Source: Amphiscolops sp. MND2022
Taxonomy: Eukaryota
DNA: 64,000 nucleotides
Assembly: GCA_964187785.1 (NCBI GenBank)
Contig: OZ076409.1
Span: 49,602,001 to 49,666,000, forward strand
Direction: 5' to 3'
In this document: positions 44,708-58,315 of the stretch, one piece after another
Layout: the number at the start of each line of letters is the position of its first letter
How positions within the stretch are numbered: position 1 is the stretch's first letter
Notes under the pieces: model-generated
What the model was told of the DNA's origin: nothing
Databases searched by the model: none
Seen by the model: the letters and a program-made list of their open reading frames with translations, nothing else
Made by a program: the position numbers and the translations under genes

Positions 44708-45900
44708 GGTTACCAGTCACTTGGCTTACTACCATTTGGACTGTCATAATAGGTCCGAAAGAATAGGTCCGAATTTTTTAGCCCGACCATAAGTCCGAAA
44801 GAATAAGTCCGAATCGATTAAGACCGAAAACTGACCGACTGATTAAGTTCGAACGTGCGATTTTTTGGAAATAGTTCGAATTTGTCAAATGGCAGAGACT
44901 TTTAGTTTATATAATGTGGGGCATATGCGATGTATGCACGCTCGCCCTCACCGTCGCAAAGACCAGCTCCCACTACGATCGCTTCGCGATCTCCGTTCCC
45001 GCTAGGTCTTTGCTCCTGTTCGACCTCGCTTAGCAAGATGGGAATATAAGCGGCCCCAAGGGGCCGCGGGGCACTAGAGGAAATGGGGAAATATCAGAGG
45101 CACGTTTTGTACTTAGAAAAACCGCGTTAAATTTCGTCCATTCTGCAAAAAATCGCATTAAATTTCGTTGGTTTTTCATAACAATGGACTATTTTTTCAT
45201 AAAAAACCGATTCGGACTTCGTTAGGTTTAAGTCATTCGTATTTCATCCATTGTGCATCCCAGTCGAACTTTTTCTTTCTGACTTATAGCCTTGTTGAAA
45301 TAGTCGGACTTCTTACTTCTTTCTTGCAATTCGGTCATCGGCATTCGGACCTATTCGCCGCACCCCTACTATTTGGCTTAATTTTTTCGTCGAGTCATTT
45401 GGCTTAAAATATTTAAGCGAAGTGACCACAAAATTAAGCCAACTCCATTCCAACTCAAGGAATAACAATGTCAACTCCCGGAAATATCATAATGTGGGGC
45501 ATATGCGGTGTATGCACGCTCGCCCTCACCGTCGCAAAGACCAGCTCCCACTACGATCGCTTCGCGATCTTCGTTCCCGCTAGGTCTTTGCTCCTGTTCG
45601 ACCTCGCTTAGCAAGATGGGAATATAAGCGGCCCCAAGGGGCCGCAGGGCACTAGAGGAAATGGGGACATATCCGAGAGGTACTTGATATGACATGTTAT
45701 AATAATACGCTGACTACGTTAAAAAGATAAATTCGACAAAATCTGCCACGTGTTTTCAACTAAGTGGTTTTAAGTCAAATGACTTTAAGCCAAGTGACCA
45801 ATACTCGAGACACTTAGCTTAAAAAATTTAAGCCAAATGACTAATTGTGTCAAACCAAATCACTTTAAGCCAAATGGCATTAAACCAAGTGACCATTACC
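44708..45900. mobile_element. Non-autonomous TIR element inserted in gypsy pol
   Basis: Exact 8-bp TSD CGTCTTCT, whose removal restores the AIKEDAPIRVEQD frame; imperfect TIRs ...GTCACTTGG(C/T)TTA; AAGCCAA subterminal arrays. Confidence 0.8.
44738..45365. mobile_element. MULE-like element nested in the previous element
   Basis: 22-nt GG-starting termini sharing AATAGGTCCGAA; 9-bp TSD CTACCATTT / CTACTATTT; GTCCGAA arrays direct on the left and inverted on the right. Confidence 0.7.
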
Positions 45901-46246
45901 CGTCTTCTTTGATTGCCCCAAAGGTATATGATGCCTTGTTTATTGGGATGGGGGTTGTTTCTTTGATTGACAGTTTCATTTTCGTCATCTCTTCGTCGCG
46001 TGCATGTTGCCTTGCTTGTTCTTTCTGCAACAGGATCTCTTCTTCGGTCTCAATAGTTTTTTCTGGGAGGAAGAAGAGTTGCTCTTCATCTGCGACGTCT
46101 GTCGACTGTAAGTTTACTTGTATTGATTGGGTCGTAATATCATTTCTGATTTTTAGTTCCACTCTTTCTTTAGGGTCGAGGTCAATTCGCCATAGGAAAT
46201 CAGCTGCAGTGTTTTGCGTCCCCGCTACTTGCATGATGGGAAAATT

Positions 46247-47447
46247 TGGTGGGCGGAAGTAGGTCGAAGGAACGGGATCGAAAATCAGAGTTAGTCCTCG
46301 GGTCGACATACCAAATTTTTGAATGGGATCGAAACAACTCGGATCGAAATTTTTATAACGTAGTCAGATATGTTCACAAGGGATTTCAATTAATCGATAC
46401 CACTAATAATTGTAATCGTTGGCTGCTCAAATAATCGTATCGCATAATCGTGGCAATTATGTCCCTTGATAATTGTAATCGTGATTAACTCCTCAAAATT
46501 CTAAAACAAATGTGAAAAAAAAAAACAATTTAAACTTAACATTGGCATTATAAACAGAAAACTGAAAAGTGGAATGGAACCAAAGCCAAACACAAAGGTA
46601 CAATATGACACAACTGAATTTACATCAAACACATATCATGCACGTAAGTGCGAAACGTTTGCAATTCAAAGTTTTTAACTGACAAAATCATCTTATCAAA
46701 CTAATAAACAAAAAATATAGAATACAACAGCAAGAAAAACAAAGATATGAACTGCAGTATACAGTAACGTGGAACGTAATTCTGACGGACTCCATAATTC
46801 TTCTCCCTCGATAGCATCAGCATGTGCCAAAAATTTGTGAGCAACCAAATTTACTATGTGAGCTAGGCGTTTGTCCCACCGTTAGAGGCTTGAATTATTG
46901 TTGAGCATGTGACACATTTTCGCCGCAAACTTCGCTGTCCATTCCGGTGCTCAGCAAGAAACTGCTTCCTTACTTGTTCGTTTCGGCAGTTTTCGATCGG
47001 ACACCACACAGTGTTTTTCACCGAAACTTGTTGAACCTCTTCTTCTCCCACCGTCTCGTATTCAGTGTCAGACGTTGACATATTTCTGAAACGTAAATAA
47101 TCGAAATTATCAGAAATAATTGAAATAATTGAAAATATTTCTGGACAAATAACCGAAATCGTAATTGCACGGGAAATAATCGTAATCGATTCGATTAATT
47201 GGTATCGTAATTGAAATCCCTGATGTTCCCATACCCCTAGTGCCCTGAATACAGGAGCGAAGCGAAGCGTAGCGACGTGCCATATGGCCATGCCTCAATG
47301 TTGCTACTTGGCGAAGGGAGCGAAGCCACCGAGCCATACAACAAATACGATGAAATTCGACCGCATTCTATTCGATCCCTGCAATTCGATCAAAAGGTTC
47401 ACCTCTGTCTTTTCGACCAGAAAAATTCGACCTATTTACAGCCACCC
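46247..47447. mobile_element. MULE-like element inserted in gypsy RNase H
   Basis: 9-bp TSD GGGAAAATT / GTGAAAATT splitting VLQFNF|(H)IMQV; imperfect 22-bp TIRs ending TAGGTCGAA; GATCGAA motifs. Confidence 0.75.
46378..47222 (-). mobile_element. hAT deletion derivative with a BED zinc-finger remnant, nested in the MULE-like element
   Basis: TIR (C/A)AGGGATTTCAATTA; 8-bp TSD ATGTTCAC / ATGTTCCC; minus-strand fragment EQVRKQF...RKCVTCSTIIQASNGGTNA resembles a hAT transposase BED finger. Confidence 0.75.
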
Positions 47448-50400
47448 GTGAAAATTGAATTGCAGTACGTAGTCACATGCATTCCATAATGTAGGGGGAA
47501 TCGCTTTTGTTTGGAAAAACCTCGTTGCTGATCTGTTGTCAGTCATTACAAGAGTTGGTAGGGTTGCTTCCCACAATATGTGGCTGTATTCTAAGAATGC
47601 GTGATCGATTGCCAGAAATTCTTTGCAATAAATTGACATCTTCAGTTGTGCTGGTGAGAATACTTTTGATCCAAATGCTACAGGAGCAAAAGTTTTCTTT
47701 TTTGGAATTGAGTTTTTTGTCGTTCTCTTCTTCGATCATTAGCGCATATACCGAGGCGCGAAAACTAGCGTCTGTCATTAGGACGTATTGTCGTCCTGTG
47801 ATTGGTTGTTTGAGAGCCAATCCGCATGCCTCCGCCCTCGCTGTGTTGATCGCATTGTAGTTATCTAGCAATTCCTCTGTGACCTTGATTTGTTTGTCTG
47901 CTTTCAGTAGCTCGTAGAAACCAAGTTGTTTTTCTGACAACCGCGGAATATAGTTGTGGTAGTAGTTGACAAAGCCTAGGTATCTTTGTACCTGTTTCTT
48001 TTATTTCGGGAATACTACGTAAGAATTTCTGGATTTTTTGGTCTTGGGGGCGATTTCTTGTGGGGTGATCGTTCTTCGAAAGAATTCGACCTCGGTCACT
48101 CCAAAATGGCATTTGTCGATGGATAGTTTAAATCCTGCTTGTCTGATGCATTCGAAGGCAGCTCGGATGTTTCGTATCAGTTGCGTCACGGAGTTGGCAG
48201 CTATTCCAATATCGTCCACATATTGCGCGCACTGGTCGGCTTTGATTACTTTATCCAAATATTCTCTCATGAAGCTTGAGAATGCTGACAAAGCTCTGCT
48301 CAGTCTTGTGCCAGTCGTTTGTATGCGAAGGTTCTGCTTGCAAAGTTGAACGCCAGCATTTCGTTGGATCTTTGATCTGCCACTTGTAGGCAGTGATATG
48401 CCTGAGAGCAATCTAATTTACAGAACAATTTTTTCCCAGCTAGGTGTTGAGCTGCGTCTGACAGGGTGCTGACTGGATGATTGTTGTTGATATAGTCGTC
48501 AGATATCAGTGCGTTGATTTTTCGCAGGTCGACGAGTAGACGTGGTTTACCATTTGGTTTACGTTGTGCAAAAATCGGGCTGGCATATTTTGAAAATGGT
48601 AATGTCGTGATTATGCCATACCTGTGCATGGGCGCTAGTTCGACTGCTAGGTCTTCTCTCAGGTTGATTGGTACTGGTAGGCTCTGTGTATATATGGGGC
48701 GTTCGTCTTTTGGCGTCAGTTTCACCTCGAAGCTATTGTTGATGCCGATGTCGAGTCTGTGACGCGCAAAAATGTCGTTGTATTCAACTTATGTTTGCTC
48801 AAGCTGTTTTTTGTTGTTTCCGTCAATCTGCGATCCTTCCCATTTGAACATATCGAGGAACTCTTTCCTTGATTCTGGATCTTTGGTTGGGTCGAGTTGT
48901 TCTTTCTTTATGAGTTCTCTGATTTCTTTCAATATTCGCCGTTGTATTGGCGTGTGTTCATCTTCGTTTCCCGGGTTTTCGGGTGTTGGGAACCAGAGGT
49001 TTTCGTCATTTTGTTCGTTATTTGTGGATTTCTTGAGCTCCATTATATACATGTGCGTGTCATCTGGGTCTTGTAGGGTGGTCAGTGTTGCAACGTCTAT
49101 GAGTCGTATCTGTTTGGTGTCCTCTGGCTTAAGAATTTGCAATTCTGCCAATTTGGTATGGTTTTTCATGGTGTGAAGGAAATCTGTCAAATTGGCTATT
49201 CGGAGGTTGATTCGTTTGTTATGAGCTGTGGCCTGTGCTGGTGCAACGATGATGGTGGCTGTTACATCAAACTGTGGTAGCAGTTGTACTGCACCTGTGA
49301 TGTCGGTTGCATTGGTGGTTATGACTATTGCATTTGCTGTTGTTGTTTGATGTGGTAGCAGCGTCTGATTCCGTTCGGCCATGATTTGGAGTGGTTTGGG
49401 GTTACAGTTTTTTTTTCGTCCGTCTTGGCTAATGTCATTTGGACGTGTGGGAAGGTGATGGTCCCGTTGGCCGTATCTATGACAGCTTGGTGGTTTCTCA
49501 AGAAGTTCAGTCCAAATATGGGGAATGACGTCTTTGATAGGATGACAAAGGTGTCGGTGAACGTATAAGTTCCGATATTGAATTGAATGTCAGCAGTGGC
49601 AATAGGTTGTTCTAGTTGGGCGTTTGCGCATTCGATCTTGAAAGGAGGTTGTGGGTATTCCTTTATAACGCAATTGTCACTGCTCATTTTAATGGCGTTG
49701 TAATCAGACCATGACATGGCATTGATGAACGCTCCTGAGTCAACGAGCCGTCCATGGTTATTCCGCCGAATTCGAGTGGCAAGTACAGCATTCGTCTTCT
49801 GTTCTTGAGGACTATGGTCGAGTGTAGAGGTATGTAGGTATCCCCATCTTTTTCAGTTATGCACTCTTTGATTGAGTTGAGCGAGGTGGGGAAGTCGTTA
49901 TGGAAGATAGGTATCTTGGTGGAGTCGTGAGTATCTTCCTCAGTCGTTTGTGACGAAGGGTGGTCGTCGCGGGCGTTTTCGTTTTGGTTTAGTTGTGTTG
50001 TAACAGAGAGTTCTTTGGTGGTGATGGTTGGTTGGGAGAATAGTTTTGTGTGTTTTTGATAGTCGCATCTGTAGTCCTGATCTTGTAGGAATGTTGCTTC
50101 CTGTTCTTTTCCTGAGGGTGGTCTTTTCATGGAGGCGATTGCTTGTTGTTTCAGCCAAGCTTCTGTTGGAGTACCAGTGCATTCTGCTGTTGTGTCGGAT
50201 GTGTATCTGATAGGGGGGTCTTCTGGTGACCCTCGCGTCTACTGTTTCCCCAAAGCGCAGGCGCGGCTTAATTAGTTTTTTTGTTCGTCGGCAGGTTTAG
50301 TTGTCGTTTGTAGGACGGAGGTGTCCGTCTTTCGCTCTTGTGTGTTATGACGTTTGGGTCGTGGGTCGTTGGCAGAGTTGGCTCCATTCCAACAATCTTC

Positions 50401-53400
50401 CGTTTTGTGGGGTTTGCCGCAAGTGTCGCATTTGGGCGGTTTGCCTGCACTGTAATTGGTTTGTCCGTTATTTTTCCGAGTTTGCAGCCATTTGTCGCGT
50501 TTCAATTTCCTGCATTCGGCCTTGTAGTGTCCGAATTTGTTCCAATAGAAGCAGTATCCTTTTTTGGTGTTCTGCGTCGTGTTCTCAACTTGTTTTGTCT
50601 CTGGTTTTGTTTGAGCCGGTTCTATTTTATTGAGTGGTACGAGAGTTACTTCATCTGGCGCTCCAAAGCCGTTAAGTCTCATTCCTCGCTCTAAATGGAG
50701 TACGATATCATTGTATGGTTTGTCCTCAAGATACGCCCTGCTGAGGATTTTCTTTACATGATCTGGCAATTTTGCGTAGATTGCTTTGTCAATAATTTGT
50801 TGGGCTTCCAAACCAAAAGCTTTTTTCGCAGTTTTTTGAAGTACGTCCAGAAATTCATGTAACTTTTGTGTTGCAGGATCAAATTTGAGTGAGTCCCACT
50901 CGCATCTGGCTTTTGCCATTGACAGATAATCTCCGAATCGACGTTTAAAAATCGTCATTATTTCGTCTAACGAGTCCTTCTTGGAGTCTTCAATGTTTCA
51001 GAACGCCTAGAGGGCGTCTCTTCTTAGCAACGAGTGAAAGTAGTTGATTTTTTGGGGTTCCGTGAGGTGCGGGTACATTTTTGTTGTTACGGAACAAGTC
51101 TTCAAAGAGTTCAAACTTGTCAGATTTCCCATCGAAAGTTGGGAGCGATGCCGTTAGGGCCTTCGGCATGGGTAGTGTGGTGGAGTCAAGCTTTTCTGCT
51201 CCGAATAGTGTTCTGGCCGCCGTTGGACGTTCTTTGGCCGCTGGTTGACTTTGAGACCTTATTTTTGTTCTTTTCGGGTGGTTTGTGGAGTCGGTTAGGA
51301 CTCCTGTCACCATGCTACGACTTACATACGTGTCAGAGTCGTGATTTGATGTAGAGTTGATTCGTACTGTTTTCGTTGGAGTATGGAAACTCCTTGTTTC
51401 ATTTTCGTTTCGTCTATTGTGCTATTTCTTACATTTTCTCCTGTTTCAGATCTTAGGAGCTTGAACATTTCTCTTTGGGATACCATAAGAAGGTTTTTGA
51501 TCTCAGACGTAATCTCCTCTTTTAAAGAAACTCTCAAACTCTCCAAGGCACTATTTTCTACCCTAGGAGATTTTGGTTTTGACGGGCCTAAAAGGGCCAA
51601 GGGACAAGAGTTTTCCGCAATGACTGGTGAAACAAAACCTTCACTTACGTTTTCAACAACTTCTTGTTGATTGTTTCTTCTTTTCTGGCTTCTAGTAGTA
51701 GACATTTCGATGTAGAGAGAACTTGATTTTGGAAAATTCAATTTACCTTCGAAGTATTTTCAACAAAGTTGAGATTGAGACTTGGAAATTTGAGCAAGTT
51801 GTGAGATAACTGTTTTTCACATTTGGAAAAGACTGAGTCCCTAATCATCAAATTTTACCGTATTTTTACCCTCCCAGCATCATTTGATCACAACTATAAT
51901 CCCTAACTTTCCTCGAACAATTAGTCATTTCCTGTTTTGTCCATGAAAAAATCACGAAGATTCTAAGTTTGCGTCAACATTTGGTCAAATTTTAGGACAC
52001 GACGATTTTAATCTAGTATTAGTCATCAATCATGATCATATTATATAATCCCGGCGTCCTTTTGCTTCCTCCCAAGCAGGAAGTAGATATTACTTCAGTC
52101 TGTCAAACCGGAAATGCTTCCCTGTTTTACTGCTTTGGTTCGCGGGAAATTGACGCTGAGATGACGCTGACGTGAACAACTATCACCTGATTTTGAATAT
52201 CAGCATGAGGAAAAATATGACTAATTTCCAAATCATGATTACCTGAGCGATGCTAGGAATGATACTTTTATGAATTTGGACTCTTTCTTTTCGTTAGGAA
52301 TAGAATTAGGATTACGATATTAAAACATACATTAACAACATTTTGGCCTTGTCGCGACAAATGCGACAAGTTGGCAACGTAACTTTAACAACATGAAACT
52401 TTAAACACAGCAACACAATATTAGTACATTCTGGTATTAATAACTGCGCTCACAGAACGATGGTAAATGTTGTACAAAGCAGGTCAATATAAATCAGTGA
52501 ATAGCGAATACTGGTCCTCAAACATTTGGTTTACAAAATATTCCGGGTATTAAAATACATTCCTTTATCTATTCTCAAGGACATAAACTGTGACCTCTAT
52601 GATTAGTGGATAACAAAATCCCAATTAAAGTTCATTTCTTACTAAAATTTTAGGTGTACGATATTTTAAATGACGAGCAACTGACGCGAATTCGTTAAGC
52701 CACGATCTTTTAATAAAGATCGTGATAAAATGTGTGTTTCCTCCGTAATAGTTTCATTTAGATGAGAAATCTATTATCCTATCCTGGAGAAGTTAAACAA
52801 CTGAATTTGGTAAGTTTTTGACATCGGTTTAGCGTAGTTTCTTCAACTCAATAGAGCGGATTTGTCTGATTCCTCTAATTTCATAAACTTGTCAACGTCA
52901 TGTTGACGAGTTTTCTTGGCAGAAATGAGATTTTGACTAGTTTGACGTAATGCTGACGAGTACTTTAGGAATGGTTTCTTAGCTAGCTGCCGGGGTAGTG
53001 ACGTCACAATGGCGGTAAATTGGAAAGATTTCTAGCAATGCTATTAGTATAGGCGGATAATTGGAATGATTTTCTGGTACGCATAGGAGAGGCAGTGACG
53101 TCAATTGGTATACCTTCAAACTTGTCTGCGCCTTTTTGACGACAAACGTACATGTATACTTATTTCTACTGCTATTTTGTTTACTTAGCGCTGTGCAGAC
53201 GTCATAATCCGCATTAATTGCTGTTCAAAGTGCAATTAGGTTACCTCTCTTGGAAAAGGCCTAATCTCTTCGGCGTGCCATCTCAATGTATTTTCTATTT
53301 TAGGTCTGATTGATGTTCCTTTTGGAGATGATTTTGGATATGTTTTCATTTAGATTGGCTTATGTTCTCTTTGTTTTAAAACGTGTCCTAGTTTAGTTTC

Positions 53401-56400
53401 AGGTGTCGAATGTTGCTATTTTGACGTGGCAAAAACGTCTTGCCGGAAATGAGTGAAAACATTTTAGATCATTTTATTCTCTATCTTCATTTTTCATTTT
53501 GAAATTTGCGCAAAGCGGATGTATGTTTCCGTATTTACAGTCACAGTTTATTTTAGTATTAGTTCGAGAGTTTTAATCTCAGACTACACCCGTGCCCTCT
53601 TCCGATTCCCACTCGTTTACAGTGACAGTCCAGACCGGGAGCGGGCTGTGACAATGAATTGCACTTTTGCATATAAATTTTTACCCAACATTTTCAACAG
53701 TTGAACAAATACCCAGTTATACAACCAACTCGTCTCTTTTATGCAATATTGGCGTTGCCGCAGCGTCAACGTAATACCTCAAACAATATGTATATCAATC
53801 AGTGCAATAATTCAAAACGTTTAATTCAAATCTTTATTGAGACGTAAAGATATTATAAGACATTATATCAAATGATTACAATCACTGGCATTTACATTCA
53901 ACGATAAACTGTGACTTTCGTTATCATTAGAGTTTAATGATACAACCTCAAAAACACAGATCATTTTAGACTAATTCAAAAATGCTTTTTTTGGAAAATT
54001 TAATTTCCAACTAATTTTATATTTATTTGGCGTAAACCTGACGTATTTTGAGTGTTTTCTAGGATTCTAGTACATTTGTTGACGTTGTGTTGAGCCTGAT
54101 TCAGAATCAGTCTTTGCTATCATATTTGCGACGTAGTGTTGACGTATAGTCAATTCAGGCCTGGCTGTCTTTGTTACGACGTAGTGAGGACGTAGACTTG
54201 AATCCAGTCCAATTGCCAAACCTGTGACACAGGGGCGATGCAAATTCAATCTTTCAATCTTTTTGCCAGCGAAACATTTTTCTTCTAGATTTCGATTGGC
54301 TGACGATACCGTGATGTAGAATGAAGTACGTTTGAGTACCATTATAAAACATGACGTCAGGACCTCAATAACTATCACAGTTTAGCACTAGCGCTTTAGT
54401 TTTAGTTTGTTTCTAGTTCAATCTACTTCGGGCGCGGACTGTGACGATAGTATAGCTACAAAGTTATTGATTTTCTGAAGAAATGGTTCTTCTCCAGAGT
54501 GTTTTTCGATTTCCGTACTTGGGCCCAGGGTGTCAGAGATTTGGTAAACGTTATGTTTTTTTTTCAATACCACCTTGCTTAGCCAAGTTTTTCGCATGTA
54601 CCTCAAAAACCAATTTCTGTGTTGAAAAACGATTGTTTCGTCTTTCCATTGTTGTCCAAAAATGCCTCGCTTTTGGTCAAAAACATGAGAATACTGAATT
54701 GACGTAAATGCGTCTGCCTAAAACTAACAAGACTGGCCCAAGTTGGCGCGCCGCTCAAGTTTCTTGAATTTGCAAAAACACTGTTTTTGAACTTTTATCT
54801 TCTTCTTAGTATCAAAAAATACCCCAAAAGATGGACATAAAACTCGGAAACCAGATTTGTTTCGGGAAAGTCTTTCAGCACGAAAAACTTCCATGAAAGG
54901 TATGACAAAGTATAATAAAGTATTGAGAATAAAACTGCTATTCGGTGAAGTTGAATAACATAAAGGTGTCACGAAACCAAAAAACTCAAAGGGAGGACCC
55001 CTTGGCTTCAACTGATTCTGGAACAACTACAAAGATCCTAAAAATTGAAAAGATCCATTTCGTAACGTCGAAAAACTCTTCAAGAAACGTTCGATCCGGT
55101 AAACGTTATATCTGGAACTCGTTACTTCCGGTGCGCGTTAAATCTGGTATGGTTTCTGTTATTGTCGAAGGAGACTCTTTCACTGTTCAAAGGTAGTATT
55201 TAGATTTCCAAAAGGGACATTGCCAGAGGTTAAGGGTTGAATTTTTGGTAGAACTAGTTTGTACAGTTCAGCGTTTCAGGTACATCAAAAAAACAAGCAG
55301 CCGGGAAAAATCAAACAAGCCTGGAACGGTCCTAGACGGCGCCTTATTTTAGTGTGGAATTTTTAGATTTTAGCAATTACAGAAAAATCTCATTGTTTTA
55401 TGCGAAATACCGATGCGAGTGCGAGTGCGTTTAGTGCGATTTCTCATATTAGTTATAGTCAAGTCAGGTGAAAGAGTTAACGAATGACGAAAGTTAATGA
55501 CGAAAGAGTTAACGAAAGTCAATGAATGACGTCACTGGTGAAAATTTTTGATAGGTTCAACTCAGAATCAATCTCTGAGAGTGAATTTCACTAAGTTGCA
55601 CTTTCGGACGAAAATACTGAAAATATTCTAAGATATCATACAGGAAATCCTCACCTTGCTATATCGAAACCCCCAGCCAGGTTTTTCTCGAAGGCTGTTA
55701 ATTGTAGCGACATGAAATTGTAGCATTTAAGAGACGCGCCTATAGAAACAGAACCCAGCCGCAGCCCCCGAATATTGGCTATTAGACCTGCGAACTCGTC
55801 GGCCAAGCGTGGAATGAGTCATATTATATATGGAAATATTTTATATATGGAATTGAAAGCCATTGAAATTGATGCTATTTGCGCATGTTTTCGAAACCTT
55901 ACGACACATGTAGCAGGAGCTAAGTAAACAAACACTGAATGTTATGTAAATAGCCAACGGATGATCCGAGCATCATGAAAATTTCCTAAATGTTCATCCA
56001 CCAACCCTAGGTAATATAGATGGAATATACATTAATCGGCCTACCACGCGCGGAATAATGTTTGTTTAGGGGGCATGGGACCAGGTACGCGCGCCCGACT
56101 GATAAATACCATTCAACCTTGGCTTGTAATATCTCAAACGAACCGCAACAACGAGTGTAGCTGTTTCTCAATAAAAATGAAACAGTCTCTGTAACTTACC
56201 CTAGGGTTCCCCGCCCCAAGTAAACAAGCCATTCGCTTATTATGTAGCTCGGAAACCATTGACCCTAGAACCATATAACTTGGCAGGTAGCAACATTAGA
56301 TGACTAAAAATAATCTCATTGTCATGGAAGAACCTCAAGGTCATTTTACATGCAACCCCTGAACATATAGAAGTACGTACGATAAAACATGTGAATCAAG

Positions 56401-58315
56401 GTCATTGTGCATAATATATGTATTTCATTCAGGCGAGAAGATTCGCGATGTATCGCAGTTAGAAAGATGAAGAAGTACTCCTTATGCGAAGAGAACATGT
56501 AAACCATGTAATTGAAGGTAAGTGAGCAACTAGCAACACTAGAAATATCTTGGGTGACATGAACTATCATTGAAGTGTGATCTTTATACAACTATTGGTC
56601 GAATAATTCGTCGTTGGAGGCAAAAAATGTTTAGCAAAGTATATTTAGAAGCGCTCCCTATGCCATAAAAGAACTAAATAAAATCGAAGTCAAAAGCATG
56701 CAAACTTAAAGCAACGACGCACAATAAAAAGAAAACATCAAGTATGATAGAATGTTAAGATGAGACCACCCGAAACACGCGCGATGGACAAATTTAATTG
56801 AGGCGGATTTTGAATATTCGAATAGACACAACCGAGTTAGGGAGCTACCAGCAAGTTGAGCTTTAGGACGAAGGCAAGGGACCTGGCTAAGCTAAAGAAC
56901 TCTTTTGTCGGTAGTAGTTCTAAAGTCAGAAATTTTACAAATCCGTGACTTGCTTCTGAATATTTGAATGAATCGTGGATCTCAATCTTAGCTAGTTTTG
57001 TTATATTTATTTGATGAATTTTGAAGAGACGTTTAGTTATCGCTATTAAAAGTAATTGGATTATTGATAATTTCTTTTTGTGCTCGATTGAGTTGAGCCA
57101 AGGAGCATACGCGAGAGAAACCTAGCCAAGCTAGTCAATTACGAAAGCACTTACCCACCAAACAAAAAACCTTTTTCCGTTAGAGAAAGGTTCTTGGGAA
57201 AATCTGTCCACCCTCGCAATCTGAATTTTCTACACTTAGACTCAAAAATAGCAAAAGGACTTCAAAAAGTCAAAATATTCCCTTCCACAGTTCTCGAAAA
57301 ACACAAAACTTGGACCGAATTTGTGCGCTAAGGGGACACTTTGAGATGTTTCATCCATTATGCCTCAAATCATCAAAAAATGTAGGAGGGGGACACTCTG
57401 GTGAAAACAATTTTTTGAAAAAGTGTCACAACGCCAAGAAAATTGAAAATTGAAAGGGAAGACACTTTGATAGTTTCAACATCCATTGTGTCGCAAAATT
57501 CCAAAACAAATTGAAGGGGGAACCCTTTGGGGAAACTTTGTTTTGAAAAAAGTCACAATTCCAAAAAAACTGAAAGGAGGATCCTGCAGTCTCGCCCGGT
57601 ATTGTATCTTGGGCTGAAAAAAGGAAAAACTTTTTTGGCTCAGTTCCCTGCGCCAACAGGTACAATGTTGTAGTACCCTAACATTTTGTAGAACTTTTGG
57701 TAGAACTATTTTGGTCAATTCAGGTGTATTGAAAAAGCCATTAACGAAAAGCCATGGCTAGTCAACTCGTTTCTCTAGCAAAGCGTCTACTAAAAATTAT
57801 AAAGGGGGCCTTCGAAGACCTGCAAAAATTTTTTCCGATAAAAAGTCTCACAATGCCAAAAATTGAAAAGACCCTCTTGGCTTTTCAACATCAATCGTTG
57901 CAAAACATCAAAAGAATTGAAGGGGGATCCTTTGAAGACATTAAATAATTTCCGAAAAAAAGTCTCACAATGCTAAAAAAACTGAAAGAAGGGACCCTTT
58001 GGGATTCTCCAACATCCATTCTGTCGCAAAACTTCAAAAAATTAACGGAGTCCTTTGGAGAAAAAAAATTGAAAAAAGTCACTCAATGCCAAAAAAACTG
58101 AAACGGTGACCACAATATATCCACAACCTCATCCTTTAAAAAATTTTCGACCTTCCCAAGAGTTGAGCCGATGAGTTTATGTCCCTAAAACCCTCACACT
58201 GTAAACCTTCAGCCAATTTTGATATAAACCTGGTGAACCTTTTTTCTCATTCATTTTGTATATTTCCTGAGTAATCGAAAAGGAAACCTCACAAAGTTGG
58301 AAAAGCAAAAAAAGG

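Larger units (their letters stand above)
44400..53653 (-). mobile_element. 3'-truncated, decayed Ty3/gypsy retrotransposon with a 2.3-kb 5' LTR (51313-53653)
   Basis: LTR TGTCACAGC...GTCGTAGCA; PBS TGGTGACAGGAGT (tRNA-Leu-like); gag with zinc knuckles (50272-51705); frameshifted LVDSGA protease; RT (LVDLRKIN, QYVDDIG); RNase H (MTDAS, TDNRS); start of integrase (H..MGKHPG); many frameshifts. Confidence 0.9.

Noticed and set aside
45471..45695. 74-aa ORF across the 180-bp core
   Set aside because: GC-rich structured repeat; the start region is not conserved in the second copy and no domain is recognisable.
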